A DNA stretch of 64,000 nucleotides. It comes from the human T2T-CHM13v2.0 reference genome, Homo sapiens. Where the stretch lies: NCBI RefSeq assembly GCF_009914755.1, contig NC_060929.1; one strand, written 5' to 3'. Under the pieces are notes generated by a model. That model was not told where the DNA came from, searched no databases, and saw only the letters and a program-made list of their open reading frames with translations. Below, piece after piece: positions 1 to 15,720 of this stretch. The number at the start of each line of letters is the position of its first letter. The stretch's first letter is position 1. Position numbers and translations under genes: made by a program.

Positions 1-98
1 AAAGGAACATATGGACCTAGAAAGCAAAAACATGTTCTGGGCTGAAGGTATAGAATTTTAGCATTTAGTTCACCTCCCTGAGCCTGTTTGCCTTTCGA

Positions 99-163
99 TG
101 AAGAAGAAGAAGAAGGAGAAGGATAAGAAGAAGACAGAAGAAGAAGAGGAGGAGGAGGAGGAA
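99..163 (+). repeat. GAA/GAG purine-rich low-complexity trinucleotide tract
   Basis: gaagaagaagaagaaggagaaggataagaagaagacagaagaagaagaggaggaggaggaggaa read directly. Confidence 0.9.
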
Positions 164-1049
164 TACTTTCTTTGAAGAATTTTTGCAAATGTTACATTTC
201 ACTTCACAGTAGGGTTTCTGGATTTCTCCCAGTTGACAGGGCTCAGATGATGAGATAAACAACTCACAAAAATCACTATGATGAGGCTTTCTTTTTTGTG
301 CATGCAATGCCCTGTATTTGAGCATGATAAAAGTCATGTCCTGGAGCAGATGACCATGTGGAAAAGAGAGACAGCAAAGATGATGAGGGCGCAGGTTTAG
401 TTGAATTTAGTTGGCCCATTGCATCATGGAAACTCCATATGGCTGAGTCCCACCATCCACAGATGGCAAGAACATCTGGACTCACTTTGGATCCAAATAG
501 TCAGTCTCTTTTGGCACCTACTTGGCCTAAGATTGAGTCCAAATTTGTTTTGGAACTTGGGTTTCCCCTGAGATCTTAGGACTTCTCCATACAGGAAACC
601 ATCTTGCTTTCATATTATATCATAATATTTTGATTTTGTTCAAGTGACTGAAGAGTAACTGAGTCAGAGCTTAATCAAACAGAAGAAATGGAGTACAAAC
701 AAACCATGTTGTCAAATGCCTGAGGACATGAGGATTTCCTAGGAGGCAGAAAGCATAGAGTTCACCACAGAAATAAAATAAATAACCCTTGAGAAAGTCA
801 ATGGGAAAGGAAACATTCTTTTATTGATAAGGGAAAAGTCCACAAATAGAAAAAGCCCCTGAAGAAAGGAGGTACTGCATAGTGAGAAAGAGATATGGCT
901 TGACTTCTAAACAGCACAAGTTATTTCTAATTTCTAGTTCCTAACACTGACGCTGAGAGGCTCTGGGATCTTGAGCAAGGAACCAAGACCCTCTGACCTT
1001 CAATTGTCTCATCTGTGAAATGGGGATATCTATGTTACTGATATAGGAC

Positions 1050-1550
1050 AGTATATCAGTATTTTGGGGGTTGAAATGATGGAAGCTCAGCTCAATGTGG
1101 CTTAATCAAAAGTGGGGGTGTACTGGGCCTTTAAACTCCTAACATGGCAAAGTCTACTGGATCCAAGGACTCAAGCATCATCACAACTCTCCTTCTTCCT
1201 CTAATGTATACTTCTCTGCACATCTTGTCTTTTTTGCTCTTAGAATTAACATTTTCTGAGAAACTGGAATGGTGAGGACTAGAGCCCTTAGACACTTCTC
1301 CCCATCTTCATTGACAGAGAGGAAAGGACTCTGCCCTCAGTTCCCTGGGAAGAAGTCTGACTATCTTAGTGTGGGTAATATGCCCATTTCCAGATCAACA
1401 CTCCCAGTCATGCCCTGGGGATTCAAAGTCTTAGAGGAAGGTCACAGCTCATCTTCTGACCACCTATTAGAGGCTGGTAGGATGAGGAAGTGAGATGTGA
1501 GTCTCTAGGATGGGCATATTGGTCCCAGAAGTGAAAGGCACTGAACAGAT
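1050..1550 (-). mobile_element. Old MaLR LTR (MLT1K/L-like), very diverged
   Basis: Motifs ctcaatgtggcttaatcaaaa...ctggatccaaggactcaa...gaagtctgactatcttagtgtgggtaatatgcccatttccagatcaa resemble the recalled MLT1K/L consensus; boundaries approximate. Confidence 0.45.
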
Positions 1551-2535
1551 AAAATAATAAATACCTAATATAGGTTCTTTCATCACAGGGATATTTAAAG
1601 AGTTAAATTTTATAGCAGATATAAATGTACTATATAAATGTCACTATGATTAGCATAATAGCATGTTATTAATATCTTGTAACTTAAAATATTAATAAAA
1701 TAATAGAAAATTACCAAAATGAGAGGTAGGTACATTTTTCACAAGAGGATGTAAAGGAATTATTATTACCAAGTAAGGGCCATAATCGACATTTGTTGAT
1801 ATTTCAAGAGGTTGCTGTCTTTCTCACCATTTTATTATGATTTATAATAAAAATACATGTATTTTGATCTTTGTCCCCAGTTCCTGACACAGAGCTCCTA
1901 AAGCCTTTATAGTTTCCTGAGTGATGGAAGTGTCTGACAGAGCTCCTAAATGCCTTGGAACCTGTCCTGGGTCATAGGACCATAGTTTTTTCTAATGAGA
2001 TGACTCTTAGTGGGCTCTTGGATTGAAGGCTGTCACCAGAAAGACCAAGTCATGATTGGAAACTTGGAATTTTCAGCCCCAATCCCTCTCCTGGAGAGGA
2101 GAGAGGAGCTAGGGATTGAGTTTATAATCAATCATGCCTATGTGATGAAGTCTTCAGAAAAATCCCTAAACAATAGAGTTAAGAGAGCTTTCAGGTGGCT
2201 GAACACGTGGAGGTACTGGGAGGGTGGTACACCTAGAGAGGGCACAGAGCTCCTCACTCCTTTCCCCAGATCTTACCCTTTGTACTTCTTCATCTGGCTG
2301 TTCATCTGTATTCTTTACCAAATAATAAACCATTAAGTGTGTTTCCCTGAGTTTTGTGAGTCATTCTAGCAAATTATTGAACACAAGGAAGGGGTCATGG
2401 GAACCTCAAATTATAGTCAGTCACTCAGAAGTACAGGTAATAACCTGGGACTTGTAGTTGGGGCCTGAAGTTGGGGTGGCCTTACAGGACTAAGCCCTTA
2501 ACCTGTGGGGTCTGGGCTAACTTTAGTTAGTGTTT

Positions 2536-2621
2536 GAATTGAATTGAATTGAATTGAATTGAATTGAATTGAATTGAATTGAATTGATTGAATGAATGAA
2601 TGAATTGAATTGAATTGAATT
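2536..2621 (+). repeat. (GAATT)n pentanucleotide microsatellite inside MER21
   Basis: gaattgaattgaatt... with a short gaat interruption. Confidence 0.95.
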
Positions 2622-2630
2622 GTAGGACAC

Positions 2631-3048
2631 TGTCTTAGTCCATTTGTATTGTTATAAAGGAATACCTGAGGCTGGATAGTTTATAAATAAAAGAGGTTTA
2701 TTTGGCTCACAGTTCTAATGTCTGGAAAAATTTAAGATTGGGCATCTGGTGAAGGCCTCAGGCTGCTTCTACCCATGGCAGAAGGCAAAGGAGAGCCAGC
2801 ACGTGCAGAGGCCTCATGGCGAGAGAGGAAGTAAGAGAGAGCAAGGGGAAGTGCCAGGCTCTTTTTAACAACCAGCTTTCATGGGAACTAATAGAGTGAG
2901 AACTCAGTCATTACCATGAGGACAGCACCAAGCCATTCATGAGGGATCCATCCTGATGGCCCAAATACCTCTCATTAGGCACCATCCAACACTGGGGATT
3001 AAATTTCAACATGAGGTCTGCAGGGAATGAACAAACCAAACTATAGTA
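2631..3048 (-). mobile_element. MST (MSTB-like) MaLR solo LTR
   Basis: Begins tgtcttagtccattt, ends ccaaactatagta (reverse complement of MST termini); 5-bp TSD gacac/gacag. Confidence 0.9.
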
Positions 3049-3545
3049 GACAGCTAGTTTATGTCCACTGGAGAATTGCTTAATGTGGGGGAAAACCCAC
3101 ACTCATTTTGGTGACCAGAAATATTCTACATTGAAAGTATCGTGCAAGAAAATAGTTTGGTTGTTTTTTTACCACTAAACATCCACCATGGGAAATACAG
3201 GTGTGGCCCAGAGCACACAGAGATGAGGCTCAACTTTGAACCAGAGCACCAAACTGTGGGCCATTTATTCAACCAAATTGCCTGAGTGTCAAGCCTGTTT
3301 CAAGGTTAGTGCTGCACTGAGAGGCAGTGATAAGCTAGGATTCACCCTCTCTGCAGTCAGCCCTCAGCCTAGAGGGGAGAGTGATGGAAATGATTACTCT
3401 AGTTCTGTGTAATACAACCCTTGAAAGAGAAATGCTCTGGGCACTGTGGCTGTATTCATGGGGCCAGCCCAATAGTCCATCCAGGCTAACACTATCTTAC
3501 TAGACCAACAAAGAAGGCTTGGAGACACTGTGGCCACCCCCTATG

Positions 3546-3679
3546 TAGGGAGACTATGCATTTTATTTGGGTTTGTCGGGGACAGTCTCAATTTTTACCT
3601 GTTGATTTGGGTTAATTATCAATATCCCTCTCTATCTTCCCTTTCAAAAGAGACACAGTTTGAACAATAGATCACCCAA
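3546..3679 (-). mobile_element. MER94-like hAT-Blackjack MITE
   Basis: taggg...atcacccaa terminal inverted repeat remnants, ~134 bp, 8-bp TSD cccctatg/tccctatg. Confidence 0.7.
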
Positions 3680-3744
3680 TCCCTATGGCTTTCAACCACT
3701 AATCTGGGTGGCCATGTTTCAGACATTTCAAATATAATGAAGAG

Positions 3745-3930
3745 AGTTCCAGCTTGGGAGTCAGGCAAGTCTAGGTTAAAATCTCAGCTCTGCCATATAT
3801 ATCCTGTGTGATCTTAGAAAATATACTTCAATTTCCTGAGCCTAAAACTCCTTTTCTATGAAACAAGCAGCCTGTTCTGCATGGAGAAGGATTTTGTACA
3901 TGAAGGTTGCAGAACAGATTGTAAATCCCT
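3745..3930 (+). mobile_element. MIR
   Basis: ggagtcaggcaagtctaggttaaaatctcagctctgcca...tgtgtgatcttag...cctgagcct MIR core. Confidence 0.7.
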
Positions 3931-4713
3931 ACTCAAATAATAGTTGCATATCCCAATATATGGCACTATCATCAGTCCAGTGGCTCACTCAGGTCAAAAC
4001 CCTAAGAGAGTTAAATCTTAGATTATCTTTTTTGCTTAGTCTCCAACGTTCAATCCATCTACAAGTTATGGCAAATTTATCTCCCATATTTATCCTAATG
4101 ATGGCAGCACTTTGGGCTCAAAGAAGAAAGGCTACCACAAAGCGTATGATATCATCTTTTGAAAGCCACAGCCACCTCTGACCTCAATGTCTAACCGATT
4201 TGGGCAAACGCCAGAGATTGCCTGTCACCTGCAACACGATCATCTTTTCTATTCAAGTTGGGAAGAGATTCAGAGACTCTCTACTCATGTGTCTTTCCCA
4301 GACTTCCACCACTTATTAGGGCAGATAGTGCCCTTGAAAGTGCAAGTATTGAGCTCGGCTCTTAGAGATGATCTCAAAACACTTCAGGGTCCATTTTTTT
4401 CTACCTTAACCGCAGATGAACATTCCAATGGGGTTATGTGTTCCTACGAAACATTACCCAGGTCTTTTTTAACTTGTTGTCCATTTTCCCTTCAAATCAA
4501 GAGAGATTTCTCTACATCCTCTCACTTTCTGAAACCATCAAAGGAAGAAGGGGAAGAAACCCAAAAAAGTGTGTTATCAGCATGGCAAAGTGGAGTAGCC
4601 CTCGGCCAGCTGTCAGGAAACCCAGTTTCCAGCCTTGTTCTTCTCAGGTGGTCTGTATGGACTTAAACATATCCTTTCCCACCTGAACCTCAGGTTTTCC
4701 AACTGTAAGGTAA

Positions 4714-5034
<321 letters not shown>

Positions 5035-6034
5035 TTTAATGATCTTCTGGCTGTTTCATCGTTAATGACTGTGGTGAATTGGAGAACAGTTAGAAGAACT
5101 TCTAATTTCCCCCTAAGAAGGTGTGTCTGGCTGTTTCTCCTGCTTTCACCTAAACTCTCATTTCATCATGCTGTATTATTGCTTTCTTTCATACTTGTGT
5201 AATGGGTACAGATTTCAACTTCAAACTGAGGCAGGCAAACATGGGACTTTATTTTTCTATGACCAAACTTAGCTTCTATCTTTGAGCCCCTATCTCTTCT
5301 GGATAGTAGGAAACATAATTTTGCCAGTTCAGGGTAAGCTCAGACACTTTTGAATTTTCACCATCTCATTTGTATCCATTTACATTTCTCACTCTCCTTT
5401 TTCTCTTTCCCTTCTCCTAAGGAAGATCTAAATGTGGAGGCCCTACATGCCACCCTGGCATCCAGGAAGAGGCACTGGTCTCCAGCTTTGTGAGAGCTTC
5501 TACTGACATGTAGAGCACTCACCTGTACATGATTTATTGGTTTTATTTATTCTTGATACACTTGCTCCTCAGGAGTCCACATTGACATCCACAATCCCCT
5601 CAGTTTTCCCAAGACAGAGGCACACCGGGCTCTCTGCATCTCCCTTTCCCTGGCCACAAGCCATCTCTCGAGTGTCTGGCTCACCTAGAGAGATGTCCTG
5701 CAACAATTGCTGGTCTTCCATGTCCATGCTAGTGCTGAGCCTTTGCAAGGCTGTCTCCCCCCAGAGTGCCAGATGACAGTCTAGCTGATCTTGGTTTCTG
5801 AACATGCATCTGAGGCTTCTATGGTTCTCTTCCTGGGACTCATGCTGGGAGACCTACCTTGGGGTCCTCTTAGAAACACTCATGTATGCCTCACTCTCTT
5901 CATTCCCCTCCTACTTCCCTGCCTCACCTCCCCTACAGGATGTTTGCCAAGTCTGGGGTGGAAGGCATGTTTTTTCCCAGTCTACGTTTATGAAACAAAC
6001 CATTAGAGTGGCTTTTTATGGAGTCAAATGTTTT

Positions 6035-6066
6035 AAGAAGAAGAAGGAGGAGGAGGAGGAGGAGGT
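6035..6066 (+). repeat. (AAG)n(GAG)n short tandem repeat
   Basis: aagaagaagaaggaggaggaggaggaggagg. Confidence 0.85.
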
Positions 6067-8589
6067 GGCATTTTATGTCTCGAATTTCCAGACTCTTGAA
6101 ATTATAAACGTTAGTTTTAAAGAAATTTACTCCATTATGGGTCTCAAGAGCTTGTTTTGGAATTGTCTACCAATAATTTTTCTCGGCTGTAGATGGTCTC
6201 CTCCTGAGCGATAGGGCCGTGTTCCCTGGATAGTGAAAGTTAATGAGTACGAGAAGGTGGAGGAGCATGAGACAGAAGGCAGCTCCAGCTACTGTCTCAG
6301 GATATTATTGTGCCACCATAATTGCCTGCCTTGCCCGTGGTCCCTGAGCCCCTTACAGACAAATGTGTGGTCATGATTGTCTACTCTGAACCTCCAGGCC
6401 TGGCCCAAATGCTCAGAGTGTGCAGAATCATTTTCTTATAATATCTCAGACATAGAATGTTGTCTCTCCTCTTCACATTTTCTTTGACCTGAGATCTTGT
6501 CATTACATTTTAGTTTCTCCAAGGAACAAAGGAAAGAATAAGGAAGTAATTATTTTCTTTTCTTTTCAGAGTAACATGACAAAGAAATTGCATCTGCCTT
6601 TATCTGGTCATATAGACTATGCTGTTCAGCATCTTCACCTGCCCTCTGTGCATGCCCTCTCTGAACAATTAGCAAGGAAATGCCATTTGTGAAAAATGTT
6701 ATGCATCCACACCGTGAATTGTCTGTGCAGAAGATAAATATTCGAGGAGATTTAGATTGATGAGCACTTAAAAAAAAGAATGGTATTCTCAGGGGTAATA
6801 AAAAGAATAGGGCACCCAGGGAGGTATAGCCAGAGATATCTAGCAACAAGCATGAGCCAAGGCAATGTGAAGGAGAATGGGCACGGGGAGGGTGGCCCTA
6901 AATCTGCCCCCACTTGAAAATATTTGTGTCATCTTAACCTTATGGGTGAGCATGGATCCTGGTGCTAAAAGCCAAGACCTTTCCTCTGGGATCCAGAACC
7001 TAGGCTGACTAACATCAAAATTGCAATTTTTTTTACCCCTTCTGTTTCAGCACTTTCTCCCATGAAGGCAAATAGAGGTCTCCTCCTTTCCCCACCAGAA
7101 TCCCCAGTTCCTTGGCATTCCTCCTGTTCTCCACTCCTGACCTTTCTCCCCTGTTCCTCCGGCCACTCTAGTGCCTCTGACCATTTCTCTTTCAACCCTT
7201 CAATGTGCTAAAGTCTTTCTCAGTCCGGAAACATTCTCCCATGACCCTGCCTGGCCTCCTAGCTACTGTGCTCTCTTGTCCTTCTAGCCAAGCTGGGAAG
7301 AGTAGTCTACAATGACACTCTCATCACTGCCTCTGCTCTGATCGCTTCAGCCCACTGCAGTTCTGGCTTCTGGCTTCTGGGTCCAGAGACCATGAGCCCC
7401 ACAGGACAAATAATGTCTCTCCTGTTCTCTCTGACCTCCAGCACAGGGTCTGGCAAACAAGAAATGTTTGATAGATCCACAGGTGCCTGAGCAGGTGCAT
7501 GGGTGACCACCTGGCTGGTTGAGCTACTGGGAGATCCATTCAAGGTAAATCTCTCAGATGGATTTATTAATATTTTAAACTTAGAAGAGGGGAAAATCAA
7601 GTTATATCAAACTGTCTTTTTATTAAAAAGCTGAATAGCTAAGTGGCATCTGTCATGCAGTATAACAAGGACAAAGGTCTTCAGACAGGATGGGACTGTT
7701 ACCTTGCCTCAGGCAGGCATGTTGCTCTGAGAGATAATTTGGGATCTGGGAGAAGAGCTAGAATGAGGCAGTGTCTCTGAGAATCAGAGCACCATCAGCA
7801 GCCAGCAACTGGTGATGAGGAAGGAGGTGGTGGATTTGAGGCATCACATGTCCTTTCTGCTGGTGTCTTTGCTTCAGCCCATCCAAGGTGATAGAGAGCT
7901 CTGTGCCCTTTGCTGATGTGACACAGGGCTGGGAAAAGCAGGAGAGAGGAAGGATCAGTGGACTCAGTGAGGAGGGCACACACTGCACACATCTGCAACA
8001 GCATCTACAGTGTGATGTCGCACAGGTGACGCTCTCTCTCTGAGCCTCCCTCATGTCCAGAGAGAAACACAGAAAACAACCCCCATTGCACAGGGCTGTG
8101 GGGAAGGTAAGGTGAGATCAACATCTAGAAGCCAGGCCCAGTGTCTGGTGGACATCTGCTCCCTTCCCACCTTCAGGATCCTAGCTCCCTGAGAACACAC
8201 AGCAGACAGTGATGTTTTAGATCTTGGTCCCTTGTGCCAGCCAGAGATGTGAATCCTGTTAGCTTTTCATTTGCAACATTTGGGCAACAAGAATTCCAAC
8301 TCCTTTCCAGTTTGCACTGCTGTGGATCACTCGATTCTGCTATTTGCTGTAGGTAGTCTATCCCCTTTCCTCAAAGGTAGGCCCACCAGGCCTGGGATGG
8401 GGCCTGCCATGTCTCCCTCTGGGTGCCCACCACCTGGCATGAAATAAAGACTCCAAGTATGTTTTCAATATTCAAGGAATACCCATTGTTTGCCACTGCT
8501 TTACAGTTTATAAAATGTTTCTGCTGTACCATGTCATTTAACACTTATTGCTGATGAATGAAATGGGCCTTACAGCTTGCTGGTTTGGG

Positions 8590-8795
8590 GCACAAACTGT
8601 GGAGTCAGGCAACCTGGATTTAAACAGCCCTTACTAGATATATGACGTTGGGCCAATTACTGTTCTAAGCCTCAGTTTCCAACTTTTAATATAAGGATCA
8701 TGTTAGAATCTACTCCACATGTTTTGTGGCAAAAATTGCAAAGATGATAGATGTAGAGAATGTGGTGTAGTGCCCTGCACATAGCAAGCGTCCAT
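8590..8795 (+). mobile_element. MIR
   Basis: tggagtcaggcaacctggatt...aagcctcagtttcc...tgccctgcacatagcaagcg. Confidence 0.7.
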
Positions 8796-8964
8796 ATAGG
8801 TCACCTGGGCTTGTCACCAACCTCATTCTGCTGACGAGGCCTCTAATTTCCAGAAAGTTGAAGTCAATGGTCCCAGCTCACACAGAGAGTCAATGTCAAA
8901 CCCAAGAGTGGAATCCATATTTTTTTCTTACTCCAAATGAGTTGCCCATTCTGTTCTATGATTA

Positions 8965-9130
8965 TAGCAGCTAACATGTGCTGACTGTTTCCCAAGTACA
9001 AAACTATGCTAAGCATTTCTCATGTATTGGCTCTTATAATGCCCAAGACGCTCCCGAGACAGTTCTATAATTATCCCCATTTTACCGATGAGAAACCAAG
9101 ACCCAGACATTAGAGTAACATGTCCAGGGC
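8965..9130 (-). mobile_element. MIR
   Basis: attatccccattttaccgatgagaaaccaagaccca is the MIR core in reverse. Confidence 0.7.
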
Positions 9131-9211
9131 TGCAGGGTTCTTCCACGGTCAATCTGGGTGCCCACCCCAGCAGCTGGGGAGCGCCTGCCCTCCTGCTGAG
9201 CTGTCTTCTCC

Positions 9212-9405
9212 TCAGTGTGGGCTGCAGCCCGCCAGCCAGAGACAGCTGGTTGTTAAGTATCCAGGAATTTTTACTGCCTGGTTGTTAAATCATTGTTAGC
9301 TAGAAATTGGTCATGGTGGGAGTATAGACGCCACAGCAGCTGGCACACACTGCAAACCAGGGCTTTTTTTTGTTGTTGTTAAACCTGAGGACCAGTTTGC
9401 CTGCC
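9212..9405 (+). mobile_element. MER63A-like hAT-Blackjack DNA transposon
   Basis: ttgttaagtatccaggaattttt...ggttgttaaatcattgttagctagaaattggtcatggtgggagtat...caaaccagggcttttttt follows the recalled MER63A consensus. Confidence 0.7.
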
Positions 9406-9769
9406 TCCTATCTTTTTAAACTCTGCTGCACAACTTATACTTGGGAGATGACTTTTTCCCAATCTGAAGTTACTCTTCATTGGGAAAACCTAGGGGGAAA
9501 AATGCACAGATGGTGAAGAGAGTTTTTCTCAACCTGACTCAGCGGTCTTCTCTCATCAGAGCTGAAAGTGTGTAGACTGGTGATGTCATCGAAGGCTTAA
9601 TTGGTCCCCTGCCCATAGATGGCTGCTGAGTTGCCACACTAATGAGAAGTGTGCCCATCCTTGGCAAGTGCCCACCTGCTTCTCAGCCCAAGAAGGTATA
9701 AGCTGGTAGTCACAGCACGTAGTTAACTCACATCCAACAGGCACTCCATAAAGAAGCTGGCATATTCCT

Positions 9770-9905
9770 CCAGCATTTATTCGCCCCCTTAACCAAGCTC
9801 CTACTCAATGCTTCTTCATGCCAGGTACTGAGTTATACTCTGGAGGCTCAGAGATGAGTCAATAGTCAACAACGGTCTTGTCCTCAGGGATCTCGCAGTC
9901 TTACA
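9770..9905 (-). mobile_element. L2 3' fragment
   Basis: catttattc...atgccaggtactg...gagatgag...tcctcagggatctcgcagtc. Confidence 0.55.
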
Positions 9906-10184
9906 GAAAAGACTGACAGAGCAGGAAACAATGTGGGGTCTCTGTAGAAAGTGTTGGAATTTCTATGCACAAGGTACAAGGGGCACACCTAGGAGGAGAC
10001 GGGACTTGTATCTGAATCAAGGATCAGTTTCCTTGTTTGTAAAACGAAGATAATGCTATCGGGCATTACCTGAGACAGACATTTGCCTAGCACTTGACAC
10101 TTTACCATGAGTGCCTGTTCCCTTCGGCTCTCTCGTGAACCACAATGCTTGCATACTTAACTAATGGTCACAGTAATGAACACA

Positions 10185-10388
10185 GTGGCCAGAACACAGC
10201 TGTGGAATCAAACGGAGATAGGAATCAACTCCAGCTCTATGACTTACCAACTGTGAGGACCCTAGTGAGTTCATTAGCCTCTTTGAGCTTCATCTTCTTC
10301 TTTTTAAAAAATTGGGACAAAATCATATCAGCATCTACCTTATAGTGTTTGGGAAATATTATTATATGCCTGGCACATAGTAAGCACT
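10185..10388 (+). mobile_element. MIR
   Basis: ccagctctatgacttaccaactgtgaggaccc...gcctggcacatagtaagcact. Confidence 0.7.
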
Positions 10389-12559
10389 GGGTAAAGGAGA
10401 ATGTTTACTACTGGTGGTTTCTCTGGGTCAACAGAAACTCTGCTGTGCCATAAAGATGTGCCCAAGGGATGTAAAGTGTCCATAAAGAAGCAGACATTGA
10501 GGGGAACAAATAAATATCCAAAAAGTTTACATTTTGAAGTTATAAGACAAATTTTCAGGAGGAAAGGTCAAGAATGTAATACATTTGTTTTGAAAATAAT
10601 TAATACCCAATGGATGGAGATGGAATAAAAGTTGTGTTGAGGATTTGGATCCTTCAACGTCAGAGAAGACACACAAAATTGAACCAAAGCCTGGAGTCAA
10701 TTTCTGAATTTCCTGTGGTCATTCGCAAGATGGACTGCCTGTTCATCAGTCCCTGATTTCTCTTGGAAGCCATGGTGTTGGCCTCATTTCTGGATATAAG
10801 GGAATTGGGAACCAGAAGGATTAAGTGAGCTGATGTGAGGATTGGAAAAGTCAACCTAATGGTTCATTTGTCTCTGACCCTTTGCCTAGCCTGGGGCAAA
10901 ACTACACAAATTCATTTGCATGGTTTTTATTTTGCTCAATTCACTTAATCAGAAGAGTAGTGATGGCAAATTAAAACACATGCCATCAATCTGATACATA
11001 AATGGGAAGAGAAGGGCAAGGGCAGAGAGAAGAGCAGGTGAGTGACAGTGGGTGTGACCCTTTGTAGTCCTCTTTTTGAGCAGCATCCTCAGTGTTTGCT
11101 GAACTATATTTGAACCCATGCAGAGGAAAATATGTTTTGGTGGATCTGTAAGCATAATCTCTACTAAAACAATAGAATAGAAATATGCAGATGATTTTAA
11201 AAAAAAAAACACTTTTAATAAATGAATCCAACACTTTCCTGAGTATTCTGTCGTCAAGGGGTTAGCTCTTAACATAGTATCTTGGTTTCAGGTTCAGCGA
11301 GTTTATTTCCTAGTTAGTCAATACAACTTCTTGATGGAGTCTTGCGTGTCTGGTAGAGATCTTTTAGACAATGGCTACCTGGACAGCCACATGGCTGTAT
11401 CCGCACAGGTCCTTCAAGAGTGGAGGTGAAGAGAATGCTGGGGAGGGAGGGATCTCAGTTGAGTCCCAGCTTTAGAAAAGTGATGATCAGTTCACTTTCT
11501 TTCTCTGATCCTATTGTCTTATCCCTAAAATGGGCAGAAGGCTTATCTCTTAAGGTTATAGGGATTAAACCAGATGATGTTTGTGAAATGTCTAGTGCAT
11601 AGTAAATTCACAGTAAATGTGAGTTGTTATAATTGTCATGAGGCTGTATAGAACGTTCCATTCCTTTGGAATGATGCTTCTCCCACTGAGCTTTGATTGA
11701 GTTAATCAAGTGTAGCAATTACAGACCTGCCTTATTAAATTTTTTAAAAACATCTTTGTTATCAGAAGTGAACAAGTATTAGAATCCATAAGCCCAGTTA
11801 GCAAAGTGCTAACCCAGCGGATCGAAGAAAAGAGCAGCACATTTTATTCTAGCAACCGTAAGGAAGAGGAAACAGAGAAGAGAAAGAGGAAATAACACTT
11901 TTTGAATTGAGTATCTAGTGTGTGCCAGGCACTGTCCTAGATTTTGCATAAATAAATTGCCCAGGGTCACACACAGCTAGCAAATGGCAAAGTCGGCATC
12001 TGAACTCAAGACTGGTACAGCCCAAAGCCTTTGCTCTATTCAGCTCTCTGAGGCCAACATCCTAGCCCTCCAGCCAAGGTCTCTTTTCAACCCGCCTGGT
12101 AACTTTGTCTTAGAACTCAAAGAATTAGTTAGATAAAAGTCTTATTAACGCTCAGTCCTAAAAGGTCTAATTTCCCACCATAAGTAGCAGGTCCCAAAGA
12201 GAATCTGATCATGGAATCTATTATGCTCTTAGGTATGAATAGGACATGATACAAGCAGTGCTGGTATTAAGGCAGTCTCCATGGAGATCAGCAAAAGTGC
12301 TCAATTGTTTCAGAAAATGATTAGATCAATTTGTAGCTCTTTCTACTTCCCTGCAGTTGAGTGGCAGGAAGGAAATCAGATCCAGAGATGGCTCCCGGAG
12401 CAAGCAAAACGTTACAGTTTAAGGCTCAAGATTTAAGAAGGATGCTTGAGATAGCGCAAGCCTTCAAGGAACAAATCAAGATTTCACTGCCGAAGTAGTT
12501 AGCATTGGGCTTTCCAAAATATATCTTAAGAAAAAAATGTTTTTCCACTGCATTTGGAT

Positions 12560-13400
<841 letters not shown>

Positions 13401-14359
13401 CAATAGTATCTATCAGTTTGGAATAAGAAAGAGGAGAGACAGGATGTGAAATAAAATGTGTTTTTATACCTCTGTTTTGTTCTCTGCCTAAAAGGTCCTC
13501 AACTCAGTTCCTGAAAACCTGACGAATTCCTACTCATCTTCAAAGTCCAACTCAGAAATGTAATGTATTTCCTGGCAACCACTGACTTTGCGTGTCATCT
13601 ATCTATCTTGCACCTACCTCTATTTTAACCCCCTGACACTATACTGTGTTCATGTGTTTATGTGTTGGTCTCCCCCACTTGCATATGAGTTCCCCAAAGG
13701 CAGAAACAGTCATGTTGGTCTTGTATTTCACAACTGAGACAATGTCTGTCATATACGAGGTGCTCAATCAATGTCTGGGAAATACATTGAATCGAAATGA
13801 ATTAAATAGGGAAAGCTATTTTTAAATGTTCTCAAGCCATAAAGGATAGCCACCTTGTTTATTTCAATTTAACAACTATTCAACGAAATCCAGAAAATGA
13901 TGAGACTGCCGAGAAACTGTAGCTTATTTGGAATAAATAAAATTAAGCCTCTGTCTTTAATTGCAGCAGCTCATAAACTTGGCCGGGACAAACAGTGGCA
14001 ACAGAGAATTAAAAAGAGTAGAAATGTTGTCATGTGCATGTGGCACCTCCTTTCTATTAAGCCTTGTGTGCTATCCTGGGGATTCAGAGTGCTGGGCATT
14101 ATCACCCTCTGTCTATGAATGCCTGCCACACCTTCTCCGACAAGAAGGTTCTGTCCACCCCAAGAACATCTTTGAAGACCTCAGGGCTCCTTTGGGAATG
14201 GGGTAGGAGCTGAGTGAAGAACCCAGGAGTAGGCCTTCTGCTCAGCCATGGAAGACATGACAGATGCAACCTGAAATCGAAGCCCTCCTCAGTCTGCGAC
14301 ACCAGGTGTATCACCTCTCCACATACCTCAACATCTTGCTCTATAAAATAGAATTGTAA

Positions 14360-14665
<306 letters not shown>

Positions 14666-14715
14666 TCATAGCATCTGCCAGTTAGGACTATCCTGAGGTT
14701 CAAATGGGATAATGC

Positions 14716-15720
<1,005 letters not shown>

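Larger units (their letters stand above)
1835..3180 (+). mobile_element. MER21-family LTR, interrupted by an MST LTR at 2631-3048
   Basis: tataataaaaatacatgtattttgatctttgtccccagttcctgacacagagctcctaaa at the start; gaattgaattgtaggacac then resumes after the MST as ...tgtccactggagaattgcttaatgtgggggaaaaccc, matching the recalled MER21B/C consensus. Confidence 0.8.

Noticed and set aside
240-390. Three ATGATGA (C-box-like) words suggesting a C/D snoRNA
   Set aside because: No properly placed CTGA D box with a terminal stem.
4187-4666. 159-aa ORF in apparently unique DNA
   Set aside because: No recognisable domain, exon context or promoter; this length is expected by chance in 64 kb.
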